Source of the DNA: Thalia democratica
Taxonomy: Eukaryota
NCBI GenBank assembly: GCA_965202585.1
Contig: CBDBBG010000051.1
Location: 62,001-125,204, forward strand
Length of the DNA stretch: 63,204 nucleotides
Direction: 5' to 3'
Part shown: in pieces, positions 32,575-47,833 of the stretch
Layout of the letters: every line of letters begins with the position of its first letter
Numbering within the stretch: position 1 is the stretch's first letter
Made by a program: the position numbers and the translations under genes
The notes under the pieces: generated by a model
What the model saw: the letters and a program-made list of their open reading frames with translations, nothing else
Databases searched by the model: none
What the model was told of the DNA's origin: nothing

Positions 32575-34829
32575 TTTAGGCCCGGTTACTCTGCTGGTCG
32601 GCACCCCTTTTAGTTATGACTTGGATGTACGAGTAAGTGTGCTAGTACTTCTAAGTCATAACTAAACTTAGTTTTCACTTAAAGTTAAGTTATAACAGAC
32701 TAATTTCAGTAAATATTTACGCCTTAATTTGTATAAATAATTTTTAAAATTACACACTAACAAAATACTGTTTTTGTACAACATACTATTTTCACTCTAT
32801 CGTTGTATGAAAGATAACAAATAAAGCCTTCTACAAATTACTCATAGGCGTAAGTAGATTACTTACTGAGTTTTAAGCGTTGTCAGTCTAAAAAGTGATG
32901 GGGCAAAATATGCTATTATTATTAGTTAATGTAATACATTGAGTTCTTAACAGTACAAATCATATACTTTTGTAAGTAATGTTGGCAATATAGTGTGTAT
33001 GTCACTTATATAGAAACTAAACAAAAGTTTTCAATTTACATAAGTAAATACTTACGTCTTAATTTGTATAAATAATCTTTAAACTTATACACTAACAAAA
33101 TACTGTTTTTGTCCACAATTTTTCAAGTAATTTTGTGTTTTTTATTTTTGTGTATCACAATTATTACGTCATAACCAGTTAGTCTCATACTGTATAGACT
33201 TAATAATCTTTACTAACACTACAGTTGTGTATTTGATTATAGTTTATTTAGTTGTGTTTTAAAATGCTCTAAACTTTCAAGTTAGCAAGAGCAACTTATT
33301 TATTTTATAAATACAGACATTAATAAGATTAGTTATATACAAATAATAAGTATTGGATAAGGTGTATCTTAATTAAACTAATACATGTAAGTCTTAAAGT
33401 TTTATTGCTACGTAAAGGTTAAATCAAAATTACAATCAACTCTTAATACTTAATCAGTAAGTATCATCTTGTTAACTATAAATTTAAAACATTAAACTGT
33501 TTCTTTCAAGTAGTAATTGCAATTCAAATAAACATTTCGGTTAACCTTGTTGATGTTTTCAAATAAAGAAGACATTTCGTCTATGTAAAATAAAAGGTAA
33601 ATTTTTTCTCTCAACTGTAGAAATACCTCGGCTTCTGCCTCACATTCTTATTATTATACTTCTTTTTTAATATACTAGTTTTAATACAGGTCAACTTTAT
33701 TCTTGTCATCAAAAATGTACTTCTAACTAAACAATGTCAAGTTCTTTGGGAATTTTATTGTATTTAAAATCTACCTTATAAATCCTGTATAACTAATTTT
33801 ATATTTATCTCCACAATAAGAACAGTTAACTAACTTCTTCTGCTATGTTTTTATCGCCGATCTTTTCTCAACATTTTTGAAATTTCTTATTTCTTTTATG
33901 ACCAATATAAAGTTCAATACAATTAGGTAACTGTTCTTTAGTTCTGATTTTTTAATTTCTGCAATATCCTTGTTGAAATAAATGACTTAATCAATAAGTT
34001 ATTTAGCATAATATAATAGTTTTATATCAGTACTATTTTATTAAACTTTGGTAGTTTTTTAATTTACCTATTAGTTTTATTATTAGTGAATTAGTATTTT
34101 AACTTTTAGTATAAACTCTTGATATTAATTAATTTTTCGTAAATTCTCGGTTGAATTAATCATTTTATCATCTTGTTGAGATACTATTTTATTTTTAGTT
34201 TATTTCCTTACTGTTTCTAAGCTTGTAGGATTAGTTCTTAAACATTTTGGTTTGTTTAATTATATTGAAGTTGCTGCAATTATATTGAAGTTAAAGCAAT
34301 TTATTTCGGGGTTTTCCAAACCAATTTCTAAATTTTACCCTTGGCACGACTTAAAAAAATAAACTCCCTTTACTGTTGAATTACCCATTTACGTTTTCAA
34401 TTTCTCACTGTTTTTTGCCCCCTATAAAGGGCGATATTGTCCGCTTAAGAAAAACTCTGATCTAAACAACTTCCATTCCGTTTTCTATTACTAGCTTTTC
34501 CAACGATTGGGGTTTCAGTTTAACGTCATTAAAGTAACTGTAATTTTAATTTTTTATCTGCTACTAAAAATCCAAAAGCAATTAAATGCACTAATTTGAT
34601 ATTTTATTCTTTTGTAATAATGTTTTAGTCACCAATAATGATTTAAGCGCTTAAAATAGGTCCTAAAAAAGGATGAAGAGTTATTTACGCCACGCCAACT
34701 CACTTCTACTACTTTGATCTGTTTTGCTATTGTTCTTTAAGCCCCGTCACTCTGTTTGTTGGCACCCTATGACTTGGATGTACGAGTGAATGTGCTCGTA
34801 CTTCTTAGCGCAACTAAACTTGATTTTAA

Positions 34830-35174
34830 CAGGGCTGCCACTTTACCTGGAAAAACCTGGAGTTTGACAATTTAGGCAAAAACCACTTAAAATAGTATGG
34901 AATTTCTAATGGTTTATATGTGTTTAGTAGTAAAATTTTGATTTTACTCAAAACATCTATCATATAAATAGAAAAGTTTTTTCATAATAAAACTTTTTAT
35001 TTGTTAAAAAACATACTTAAAGTAGCTTTACAGTATCTTTTTAATATTTCTATACTACTTAACACAGTTTCTTACCTTAAACTTAACTTTAAACTAAAAA
35101 TAGACCCAAAAATGTGTATTTTTAAAATCCTGAAAGAAATTCGAAAAACTTTTTAAAAACGAGTGGCGACCCTG
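34830..35174. mobile_element. hAT-type MITE, unit copy 2
   Basis: 6988-7332 plus 27842. Confidence 0.75.
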
Positions 35175-38100
35175 TTTTGATACTAATATTTAAATCATTG
35201 AGTATAACAGACTAATTTCACACCACGTTGTATTTATTGATGACAGATAAAGCTTGTACATGTTACTCATGAGCGTAAGTAGATTACTTACTTAATTTTA
35301 AGCGTCGTTTGTCTTTAAAAAAAGTGTTTGGGCAAAAAATGCTATAATTGTTAGTTAATGTAATACATTGCATTCTAAAAAGTACAAATCATATACTTTT
35401 GTAAGTAGTATCTTTGCAATATTGTGTGTAGGATATTTATGTCACTTAGATGGAAACAAAGCTAAATTTTTCCATGTACATTTCCCGTTTACATAAGTTA
35501 ATGTTTACGTCTTAATTTGTGGAAATAAATTTTGGCCATCTTTAAAAATTAGACACTAACGAAGTACAGTTTTTGTCCACAATTTTTCATGTATTTTATT
35601 ATTTTTATTTATTTATAATCGTTACGTCATAACCCGGTAGTCTTATACAGTTTAAACTTGGTAATTTTTACTAACACTATATTTGTATATGTAATATGCA
35701 TATTATGTTAATAATTAATACAGACACTAACTTATTTAGTAAATTAATTAAACTAGCTCTTAATACTTAATCATTAATTAACATCTTGTTGCGCTGGTTT
35801 ATATGACTATTTCTAGTTTTATGTCACAAACAATATATGTTAATATCTATAAACTTAAAAGATTAAACTGTCTTTTCAAGTAATAATTACAGTTCAAATA
35901 TACATCCCACTTAGAGGCTTTATGAGTTATTGTTTAATGTTATTATTCAGCTGTAGTATATGTTGTGCCATTTAAGTTTTTGGTCTACAAGGTTGTGTAT
36001 ATCATACATTATTTTTGCTAATGTCTTATCTAATCACAAACTTGCTGTTAAGTCACTTTAAAAGAATTGAATCTTCTTAGTTTGTATGTTTGAAAGAGCA
36101 TCAATTTAATATAAATAACTCGGCCGTAACACTGTTCTGTTCATATTTAAAATAACAAAAGAATTTTACCTATTATATAGTTAATTCCAATTATTAATAA
36201 ATATTTTACCTTATGTCTCAAACAATAAACGGTTTTTAAAAAATAAAATCGATATGTATGACCTTATTTTACACTAATATAATGACTCTAAACCAAATAC
36301 TTATAAAACTATGCCAATTAAGTAACCATTTCAATTTCGAGGTCGTATTTTATTTTAATTGTTTAGTTGTTTATAGTGCCATTTAGTTTTATAAGATTGT
36401 ATAAATAATGATCTTATTTTCTGTCAATTAGTTTGAAAATTTCCTTAGTTTTACATGTTTTAAAGCTCGTTTACTTGGTTTTAACTTTTCTGAATCTATA
36501 TTTTTTTACTGTACTTTTTTTGAAATTTATATATAAAGAAAGGTTAAAAAACTGTGATGGGGATTTATGTAGCCTTATATTCTTTAGTTTTAAATCATTT
36601 ACGGGTCAATCTAAGTCTTACCAACAAAAAACGAATCATGTTTTAGTTAATGTTTCATTAGTTATTACTGTAGAATTACTTGAAAGTTTGTTTAAAAAAA
36701 ATTGGTTTTTCATGAGTTTGTTCTAAAGTTTGTTTATAAGTCTAATTCGTTATTATATTCTAAGTTTATTTTTTTCTTGATTTAATTCTACTTCGATAAA
36801 TTTTGGTTTAAAAGTGAGTTTTATAGTATAAAGTGTGTTTTACTCATGGTTTAGCTATATTTTTAGTTAACACTTCATTGTTTTGTTGGTGTTTCTGTAC
36901 AATAACTTTACAACTTAAATACCATGGTTTATTTGAAAACTTTTCCACGGGTTCTCTTTAGTTAATAATATTTGTAAATAGTTTTAGTTCTTTTAGATGC
37001 AAGTAATTAAGCATTTTCTCTTAAGCGCAAATAATTTTCAATCAAGTTCAAATTTCTCATGATAAACGTCTTAGTTTGTCCACATAAAACTGTATGCATT
37101 TAAAAAGTAACGAAATATCTTTTTTTATCCATTTAGTTTAGGTGTTTTAGTTGAAATTCATTTAGTCTTATTACACACTATTATAACGTCATCATATAGT
37201 CTTATTAAGTATGTTATTTTTCTCTAAATTTTAATAACATATGCTTTAAAGTGTCAAGATGTATTAATGAAGAGCTTCTTTTAATGTTTTATCATTCACG
37301 TTCTAGTTTTTTCTTAGTTATTGTTATTCGTTTGTTAATTATTACACTTGTTTTTGTTTATTATTAATGATCTGTAGATGATCTACTTGGTTGGTTTGAT
37401 TTTGGATGCAATTAAACGTTAGTATAGTAGAAATCTACGCATGTGTTTATACTTAATTTAAGTGAAGCAGTTGTTTACGGATTTGATACTGTTTTCCTTT
37501 AATTTCACTTCATAACTACAAATAATCCTGCTTTGTACTACCTTATCTACTTAGACTATTTACTCTACATCTAATTTTACTAAAAAAGTCTGTTTATTAC
37601 CAATATAAAATTCAATTGAATTCCTAAATCTAGTTTTTAAATGTCTGCATCATACTTGTTTAAACGAATTGCTTACCTTACAAAGTATTAACTAAAGATT
37701 TTAGTTTTAAATGAACCAACTTTTACTAAGCATTCAGCGTTCAATTGACAATGGTATTATGGCAACTCTAGTTCGTAAATTTGCCCTACTTTTGTCAATA
37801 TTTACGTTATTCAATCATTTCAATTTGAATAAATATTTTTTTAGCATAGAGCTTTGAGTTAAGATTCATGTCTTATTCGTAATTAAATATACTTATTCTC
37901 AACAAGACTAAAATTAGATTTAATTTCGTATTTTTAGTTGGTATAAAACTGTTTTGTTCGTATTACTGTGATGTTAACTAAAATTTTCTTTAACTATGGT
38001 TTCTCTTTAATCAATCTAATACAGACATATATATTTTTTGTACTATTCTCCTATTATTTTCAGAACGTACTGATTTTTAAATTAAAGTTTGCTCTTAGTA

Positions 38101-40762
38101 TTTTATCATTAACTGTCATCTTGTCGCGCTGGTTTATATGACTATTTCCAGATTTATTCTTAAACAACATTTAAGTTAAACTCACAGATAATAATTACAG
38201 CTCGAATATACTTCCTATTTAAAAGCTTTGTGATTTTTTAGTCTTAGTTTCACGTCCTGTAAAATGTATTAAGTCTTCTACCGCCAAACATTATATGTGT
38301 CTCTAAATTTGAAAATTTAACGATAGCCAACTTAACTTATGTCTTTATTATAATCAAGGCCAGTTCAGAAACCGTTTTAATTTTGGGGTCTAGTTTAGTT
38401 GTTGTTTACAGTAATTTTGATAATTCCATATAGAGCCAAGTTTTTTTTTGTATTTCATACACAATGGTCTTGTCTAAGTTGTATTTTTGGAAAATAAATA
38501 CTACTAAATTTCTAAAAATAAGTACTACATTTTGAGTCTTATGAAATCTAAACTGTTTGGTTTAACAATGCCTCAATATTTTATGCATGTTTCAATAACT
38601 AAAACAGTTAACTAAATGTTATGTTTTATTGCCCATCTTTTTTTAACGATTCTGACTATTCATACTTCTTCTGTTTATCACCAATATAAAACCAAATGGA
38701 ATTAGGCAAATGTTTCTTATTTCTCGTTTTAAAGTCTGCAAGTTTTCCAAATGTAACTACTTCGTTGTAGCACTCAATGTAAACAATGTAGTTTCTTCTA
38801 ATTTTATAGGGACGTTTACCATTGGATAAGTATTGACTTAAAGTTAAACAAAACTCAGAATTAGTTCAAAAGTGAGTTTTACTAATGATTTATTTTTTCC
38901 CTCTCAAAAAAATTAGATAAAATTTTAGTCAATATTTCATTGATGTTACTGTAGAGTTTTTTAGAAGTTTTTTTTGATGTTTGTACAGGTTCTTAAATGA
39001 ATTTTCTAATGTTTATTTGTAAGTCTAATTTGTTATTATACTTTAAATTTATTATTTCTTAATTTGATACTCCTTTGATAAATTTTGGTTGAAAAAAGGT
39101 TCCTGGATTGAAGTGTATGTTTTACTCATGATTTATTTTACCTTAACAAGACTAAAGTCAAATCCAGCTTTATATTTCTAGTTAACACTTGATTGTTTTG
39201 TTGCAGTAAAATTATTTAAAAGTTTATTTAAAAACAAATCTACGGGTTCTCTTCAGTTAATGATGTTTGTGTATAATCCTAGTTTGTTGTTACATTGTAT
39301 TTTTTTGTCAAGTAATTTAGTACTACTTCTAGCCCAAGGTTAATTATATATATTTATATTTAAGGTGTATTTTGTATTTTTTGAAAATCTTATAGGGTCG
39401 TTAAAGGTAGAATAAATATTGATTTATAAATAAAAAAACTCTAGATTAACTAAAATACATGTTTCACTCTTAACGACATTAAATTGTATCAAACTTCGTA
39501 TGTTTAGATAGCTTATGACTGTCAAATTATTTGAAATTTTGTTCAACCTGAAGTAATAGCGTTATTGTTAATTCAGCCCAAAGCTAATTATATATTGAAC
39601 ATAATTTTATTTTTTTTAACAGACAGGTTTAAACTAAAAGTAAAACTTAATGTTTTATAGTATATATCCTTGGTGTTGTACTATGAATGATGCAGTTTTA
39701 TAGTAGACAACCTTGGTATTATTCTATAAGTAACACAACAGTTTTGCGTTGTAGTTTAGTTTATTAGTATCTATCTAGTATTGTAATTTAATTATTTTAT
39801 GGTATTTACTGCTAAGTCTCATAAATAGCAAACAAAGTTTTAGTTAAGTATTTAGTTATACTTTAGATGTTTGTTTATAAAAGTCAGTAAAAAGTTGTTC
39901 ATGTCACTTTTTATTTTAATTTCAATTAGATAAACAGTTAATACTACGTATTTTTATAACGTAAATTTCATAAGCAACCACATGGATTAATTTCACAATA
40001 AAAGCAATGTTTTAACGATTCAACAGTTTTAAATAAATATTGTATTTAAATTTGTTAAAATTAATTTGTAATCGATTTTAGATATTATATTTTAGTAGCA
40101 AATGATAAGACAAGAGTGACTAACTAAAACAATAGCTATTTCAATTACATTATGTTACAGTTCGTCTATTTATAAAAGTTTACACCAATAAGTCTTGTTT
40201 TCACGTAGACTAAAATTTAATTATATCACTATTTTAGTTTAATTACAATAAAATTTTAACAACTTATAATACTTGTTAAAATTTAAACTAGCCTTAGCTC
40301 TATGTTACCAATCTAAGAAATTGACAATATAGACTACATTAGTAATGTTTAAGTAAGTAGTGAGAGTTAATTTATTTTCATTTTCTATATTTATACTTAT
40401 TTTTGGTTTAAAGCTTTTCTTTGGTCTTAAAACAAACATCATATTATACTGTTAGTAAATTATTAAACTTTCCATTTTATTAGTTATTTTATTGTAATAT
40501 TTTTTTACCCAAATACTTTTAGATCTTCTTAATCGTTGAAATGACGTAACAATCAAATTATCTGATTTTAATTTTATTTATTCACTTCTTTTACTAAAGC
40601 ACTATATTTTTTTTTCTTATAAACTGTTTAAATTTTATCTTTTTATTAAATCAATTTTTTTAGTTATACATGACAATCAAAACCTTGTAAAAAACTGATT
40701 AATAATAATTTTAATAATAGTAATATATCTACTTAACGTTTTTTAAAGTTCAGACTTATAAC

Positions 40763-41642
40763 TTACTAGTTAATAATGAATTTATAACTAAATGAATAAA
40801 TATTGTCTTGAAGTAACATCGTTTAAGTTCAACATCGTTTAATAAGTTAACTGTCTTTGAAAGGTATAATAGCCTCAAAGTTCGTAAAAGTTGTATTTAT
40901 ATACTACTTTTTTATTCATCTATGGTACTGTGCTTATTCCAAAAAAAAAATCTTACTAGCTATTAATGAATTTATAACTAAATGAATAAATATTGTCTTG
41001 AAGTAACATTTAATAAGTTAATTGTCTTTGAAAAGTATAAAAAGCCTCAAAGTTCGTAAAAGTTGTATTTATATACTACTTTTTTATTCATCTATGGTAC
41101 TGTGCTTATTCCAAAAAAAAATCTTACTAGTTATTAATGAACTTATAACTTAATGAATAAATATTGTCTTGAAGTAACATTTAATAAGTTAATTGTCTTT
41201 GAAAGGTATAAAAAGCCTCAAAGTTCGTAAAAGTTGTATTTATATACTACTTTTTTATTCATCTATGGTACTGTGCTTATTCCAAAAAAAAATCTTACTA
41301 GTTATTAATGAACTTATAACTTAATGAATAAATATTGTCTTGAAGTAACATTTAATAATTTAATTGTCTTTGAAAGGTATAAAAAGCCTCAAAGTTCGAA
41401 AAAGTTGTATTTATATATTTACTACTTTTTTATTCATCCATGGTACTGTGCTTATTCCACAAAAATAATCTTACTAGTTATTAATGAACTTATAACTTAA
41501 TGAACATTTATTGTCTTGAAGTAACATCGTTTAACAAGTTAACTGTCTTTAAAAGGTATAAAAAGCATCAAAGTTTCTTTAATGTTGTATTTTTATAATA
41601 CTTTTATAATCATCCATGGTAATGTGATTATTCTAATAAAGT
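40763..41642. repeat. 171-bp minisatellite, unit copy 2
   Basis: 12921-13800 plus 27842. Confidence 0.93.
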
Positions 41643-44600
41643 ATTTTCGGTCTTATTGATAACTTTTTATTTTAGGCATAAGCGCTACAAATATTTATAT
41701 ACAATTTAATAATATAATAAACTAAGTAAGTTATATGCACTTTAATTATCATGAAAAAATAAATAAAAGTGATGCCCAAGAAGATGATAAAAGAGAACCT
41801 CTATACTTTAACCATGTAAAAACAGAGATGCTTTGTATTTTTGAATACATACATAAGATTGAGCCTATTAATGTGCTGAATTTTATTTTAACAGTAGTTT
41901 ACAATCACAAAAAAAATCAATTGTATTTTTTGAAATGTTCTATTTGTCACTTTATAGTACTGATGGTACTTATTAAAAAAAATTAAGTATTTAAAAGTAA
42001 TACATTTAATGAAAATAAAAACAGTTTACCTTGAACAAGAAATATATAATTTTTTTATAATATTTTTAAACGTTCTTCAGTGTAATCACTTTAAAATGTT
42101 TGAAAGAAACCACAGCTTTATACAGTAAAATATTATACTTTTGTTTTTAGTAGTTTTGAGATAAGTACACTTTATTATAAAGTATTTTGTTATAAAACAA
42201 TGTTTCATTCTACCAGAGATCCTCAGTTTTATATTTTTAAACGATGCTTTTTTTCAAGTGTGTATTGGTTTTAAGAACAACTTATAAACACTTAAATCTA
42301 AGAAAAAAAAAACTAAGTTAAAAACTTTTGATATGTACTGGCGTTTACATAAATAAATTTTTTGATTTGGTAACATCTAAAAATATATGTTTATTTTTGC
42401 TTTGTACAATGTCAAACTGTTTCGAGTAAAGGTTGACAATATAAAATATTAATACCAATAACAGCTTGTTCAAACATATGGTTTTCTACGATTATTTATG
42501 TTAGCATTTTAATGGTTTGTTTTTAGCTAAGAATCTACACTTAAAATAATAAAGTAAGCGACACTTTATTTATCGAAATCATAGTCACCAAATGATAACA
42601 TATTTTGTTTTTTTTGGTTAAAACTACAAAACTGTAACCAAAAAGTTAATTCAAGTCTTAGTGATCCTGAAAGTTATATTAATTTTCACTTGTTCCATTA
42701 AGTCAGTTTTAATTAAAAGTTTATAGGTCAGCGTAAACAGCATGTGCTTAACAGTTATGCAATCGATAAATACTTTTCTATTAAATGGGTAATTCTATAC
42801 AACTTTGCGTTGAGAGTTCAACCAAGATTCTTTTATCAATGTGATCGGCTCGCAAAAGACTTTTCTGATGAATCTAACACAAACCTAATCGAATAGTTAA
42901 ACTTCAAGTTAAACGAATTATGAAACACAATCAAGCATCACAAAATATACTAGAAATTTAAATTAAATTACAAGGGAGATTCATTCAAATTCTATTAAGC
43001 ACATTTTTTTGATAAAAATACATACATTACAGTATTTAAAACGGAACATTGCTTATAATTGTTAAGCTTATAACAATGTTGGCTCAGTAAGAATTTATTA
43101 TAAAATATCAGCTTTTTTCTTTTAAATGTATTGATAAACTCTAAGTAATAGATCTAACTTAGTTGCTCTAATTTGATGTTTGTCTTTTACAATGTGTTTC
43201 TATTTTGCTTTTACAAATAAAAAGACATACAACAAAAACTAGTTTTAAAACATTATGTTTGACTTTTTTTTTAAAGTTAAAAGCGACTGTCGTTATTAAT
43301 CATTAAATTTAGCTTTAGTTTAAGTAGTAATTAACATCAACTTGATCAAAAGTTTTCTTAATAATTTTAAAATTCAGCTTAATGATTTTTTTAGTTTTTG
43401 TTTTAAAACGTGAGTGAAAACTAATTATTTTTATTTTCTACGTGACATTATTTTCTTATGTCTTTATAAAGTACTAGTCTTTAGCTAGACAGTTTTTTTA
43501 TAAGCATAAAAAGAAGTTTCAAAACAAAAATTCATAAAAAAGTAGTTTTGTTTGACCTTTTTAGCTTTCTAACGTAGGTTAAAAGCGTCTATTGTTATCA
43601 AATCTTTCAAAAAAGTCATGATCTAGGAAGTAATTAACATCAACTTAATTAAATATTTTTAAAACAATTTGTTCTGTTTATTAGTTCTAAAGCTTTAAAA
43701 ATAATTTTTAAACGTGAAGAAACATTAATTGATTTAATTGTCTACGTGATTTTATTATGCCGTGTTTTTAAAAAATCATACTCTCATATAGATTGTTTTT
43801 GTTTATACGTACTTTTGTATGTGTTGTAAAAATAAAATATATTTTTGAAAACAAACAATTAGTATCCTACTTCTAAAAAAATCGTTCTATCTATAGAATA
43901 TAAATTTTAAAATTAATTTAAAGACAATTATTGTTAGAAGAGTAGAAGAAGGATAAAAAATTCAGGAAGTAAACTAATCATTATAAATATAAAGTTTAAT
44001 TGAGACCTCAATTTAAACGAATCATGAGATGCTTTATAATCAAGTATCACAAAATATACTTAAAATTTAATATAAATTACAAACGCGATTATTTAAAATT
44101 GTATTAAGCATATTTTTTTGATAAAATGATACTAATCATTATATATATAAAGTTTAATTTAGACCTCAAGTTAAACGAACTCTGAGAAGCTCAATAATCA
44201 AACATCACAAAACATATTATAAATTTAAATTACAAACGAGATTCATTAAAAATGCATTAGGCTTTTTTTTTGATAAAAATAAACCAATCAATATGAATAT
44301 AAAGTTTAATTTAGACCTCAAGTTAAACGAATTATGAGATGCTCCATAATCAAGTACACAAAATATACTTCAGACTTAAATTAAGTTACAAACGAGATTT
44401 ATTAAAACTGCATTAAGCATATTTTTTGATAAAATAATACTAATCATTATAAATATAAAGATTTACGTTCTACTCTAGTTTGGCAAGATAATTTAAACTT
44501 GAAAAGTGCTTTATCACCCATTCAAGTTTATTAAAAATATTAAAAAATATAAAAAATTTGTAATTTTTTTTTATTTCTAGACACAATTTTATTTCTAATT

Positions 44601-45421
44601 AATGTATAGTTTTATTTTGATAGACTTGTTCAACGAAACTAATTAACAATTACAAAAACAAATACATTGTACATTGTCGTTTTATTTGATGTAAGCATTC
44701 AAAATAGTTATTGGTACATGATACTATCTTGGTTAGGTGTGATATAATTAACAAGTTTTATAAAAGAGCTATTAAAAGCAATTAAACACGTAAATTAAGA
44801 AAATAAAACTGTACGCGTAAGATTTCATATTGATTAATGAAACAAAAGACACTCAAGTTTACCATCAAAAGGTCGAGTTTCGAACGAAAACTTTGTTCGG
44901 TCTTATTCAAAACTATTTTTATTTTCTCACAAAGAAACCATTTATAACATTTTGTTTAAATTTTTGCAATCTATTTTTTAATGAAGTTCAAGAGAAAACT
45001 TCTAAATATGACCAAACACAAACCTTCATACGTTGGTTGTTGAGTTCCTGAAGGAAATGAGCGCTGTGTTGCGAGTTAGAACACTGTCATCAAATTTTAT
45101 ATAAGCGCAATTAAATGTAAACACCCATAAGAATTTTTAGTATGTAAATTTCATTAAATGAAAACATTAAATAACTTACAAAATGTATATATAATTTGAC
45201 AAAAGTATTGTTAAAGCTTTATCTTATATTAAATAATTCTACAAGATTGTGAAACATCATTAGTTTTATACCAAAACATAATTTTAATAAAATTAACTTA
45301 GCCTTAAGACTTCACAGTTGTATGGTAAATAGATTTTTTATCAAAATAATTCATTATGGTATTGTTGCGTCATATTTCGCTAGTCAGAATTATACTCCTG
45401 AGGAATGCAGCTTAAACGTGT

Positions 45422-45495
45422 GGCCGGTTAGCTCAGTTGGTTAGAGCGTCGTGCTAATAACGCGAATGTCGCGGGTTCGATCCCCGTACTGGCCA
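45422..45495 (+). tRNA. tRNA-Ile (AAT), unit copy 2
   Basis: Identical to 17580-17653. Confidence 0.96.
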
Positions 45496-45502
45496 CATTT
45501 TT

Positions 45503-45574
45503 TTCTCGTTAGTATAGTGGTGAGTACTCCCGCCTGTCACGCGGGCGACCGGGGTTCGATTCCCCGACGGGAAG
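45503..45574 (+). tRNA. tRNA-Asp (GTC), unit copy 2
   Basis: Identical to 17661-17732. Confidence 0.93.
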
Positions 45575-45755
45575 ATTTCTGCATACTTAGTTTGTTAGAA
45601 CCGGCATTTTTATCCATTTAGTATTTAATAGTAACAATTATAATATCATAAAGTCTATCAAATATTTTTTTTAATTTATCTAATAGTTTTCTAACAAGTG
45701 TTATAAGAAAGAACATTTTTAAGTATATAAAGTAATTAATGAGTTATTTGAATAA

Positions 45756-45829
45756 GTCTTCGTGGCGCAATCGGTTAGCGCGTTCGACTGTTAATCGAAA
45801 GGTTGGTGGTTCGAGCCCACACGAGGACG
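45756..45829 (+). tRNA. tRNA-Asn (GTT), unit copy 2
   Basis: Identical to 17914-17987. Confidence 0.92.
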
Positions 45830-46965
45830 TACTTTTATTTGTTAGATATTGAAAAATGTGCAAAATTTTTACACCGAGCGTGTTTTCTCGCTTTCACACT
45901 TTTACAATAGCTTTAAGTTATTTTAAACGTCCGATTCTTTACATTGAGATTCTGTCTTTTTATTTATACATAAGTATTTATTATCTTTTTTGTTTTTCAA
46001 AAAGTTCGTTTTAAGTTACTAGTTAACCTTCAATACAAACTCATTAATAAGTAACTAACATCAAAGCGGATATACAAAAATAGTAGAGTGGCAAAAAATC
46101 CTGGAATTTTGTAGAAAAATTGCAAAAATCCTTAAATTTTTTTAATTATAGTTTTTTAACAACTTTGATAAAATAAAAAATTAAAATTGTATCTTTCTTA
46201 GACTTAAAAAAAAGTACAGAAGTTATAATTAGTAATCGATATATTATTATTTAAAATATCATTTTAATTAATGAAACTACTTAATTACTTGCATTTTTGT
46301 TGCTTTGAATGTCAAGTCAGTCAATAAGAGCCTATTTCGGACTGGTCTAACTGAATACAATTTAGATTAAGAGAAAATTAAGTGCAAGAGCAAAATAAGA
46401 GAAGAGCCAAATAAAAATGTCTAATGTAATGTTTTATGCCCAATGTTACTTATATTAAATGTTGCAAATTTTGACATACAAGTTTGCCACGGATCGAGCT
46501 GAAAAATCTTTTTTTGACTTTTCTAAATCAAACTCTTAATAAAAACCTATTAAAAAATACGTAACTAAAGACTTGAAAGTTTAGCTTGTTTCAAAAACTC
46601 AATTAGACCCTAAAAAATGATAAATTGCAAAAGCAAATTATTTTAGAAAATAATATTATCAAAATGCAGTTTTAAGTATCGATAAACTTTTTTTTTAAGA
46701 GCATGTTGACATAAATTTCCTAAAATTTTTCAAAAATCCCTATATTTTTCTGACTTTTGTAATTTTTACTTGTTTTTCCTGGCTTTGTGGCAACCCTGAA
46801 CATATTATTTAATTAAAAAGGTTGATACAAAAAATTAAACAGTAATAAATTTAAAATAAAAACAAATAAAATCTAGATTGTATGGCTATTTATGATATAT
46901 ATCAACATAAAGGCTTTTGAACAATCACATGAGAAGAACTTTGAAAAAGTTGATTAAAATTACTA

Positions 46966-47833
46966 CAGGGCTCGTGCGCGAAATTTTTTTCATTTAGCCT
47001 GACTGAGACCAATTTAGCCTGACATTTTCTCAAAGTAAGGAAAATTCCCTTTAGATGTTATTTTAGGTATTAGGGGGTCTTGATTAGTAATATTGTAGTC
47101 TCTGATTTCAACCAGCTTTATCTCAAAAATATTTAGAGCTTTAAAAATATGCAAAAAACAACACATAGCTTAGTTACAACTCAATAAAATAAGGCTAAAT
47201 TGTGAAAAAGGTGATTGATCCCCCCTATGCCCAAAACGTAACAAACTCAGTGATAAGTTTTAAAATAAGTGTTATTACAAACTATTACTAGTGTAACAAT
47301 TTAATATATATTACTTAACACAGTTGTTCAATTTAATTAAGCACTAAGTAAAAATATTATAACCAGCAGATTTATAATAAACGACGTGCATTGTGGTGTT
47401 TTATTAAAATTTAAAATGAAACGCTTACAAGAGTATTAAAAATCAAACAAAAAGCTAAGTTGTTGAACTAAACTGTAATGTTTAAACTGTATTTTTTTAT
47501 GAGTTTTCACAGTTATGACGTATATAATCTACTCAAAAAAAATAATGAAGATTCTTAAAAACTATTTAGAGATTCAAAAACAAGTTTTAAGCATTTATTT
47601 TTACAGATACTGACTGATTTTGATTTTAATAGCTAAACCATTTTTTAGAAATAAGTTAACTTCTCAATTCGATCTTAAAAAGATTTCTCAACTTTTTTTA
47701 ATCAAAAATTTTCAAGCATTTGAATTGAAAAAAAATAAAAATTCTCAAATCTTTAAATAAAAAAACTGATTTAGCCTGACGTTTTTCAAAAAAACTGATT
47801 TAGCCTGACTTAGCCTGACGCGCACGAACCCTG
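46966..47833. mobile_element. hAT-type MITE (868 bp), unit copy 2
   Basis: 19124-19991 plus 27842. Confidence 0.85.
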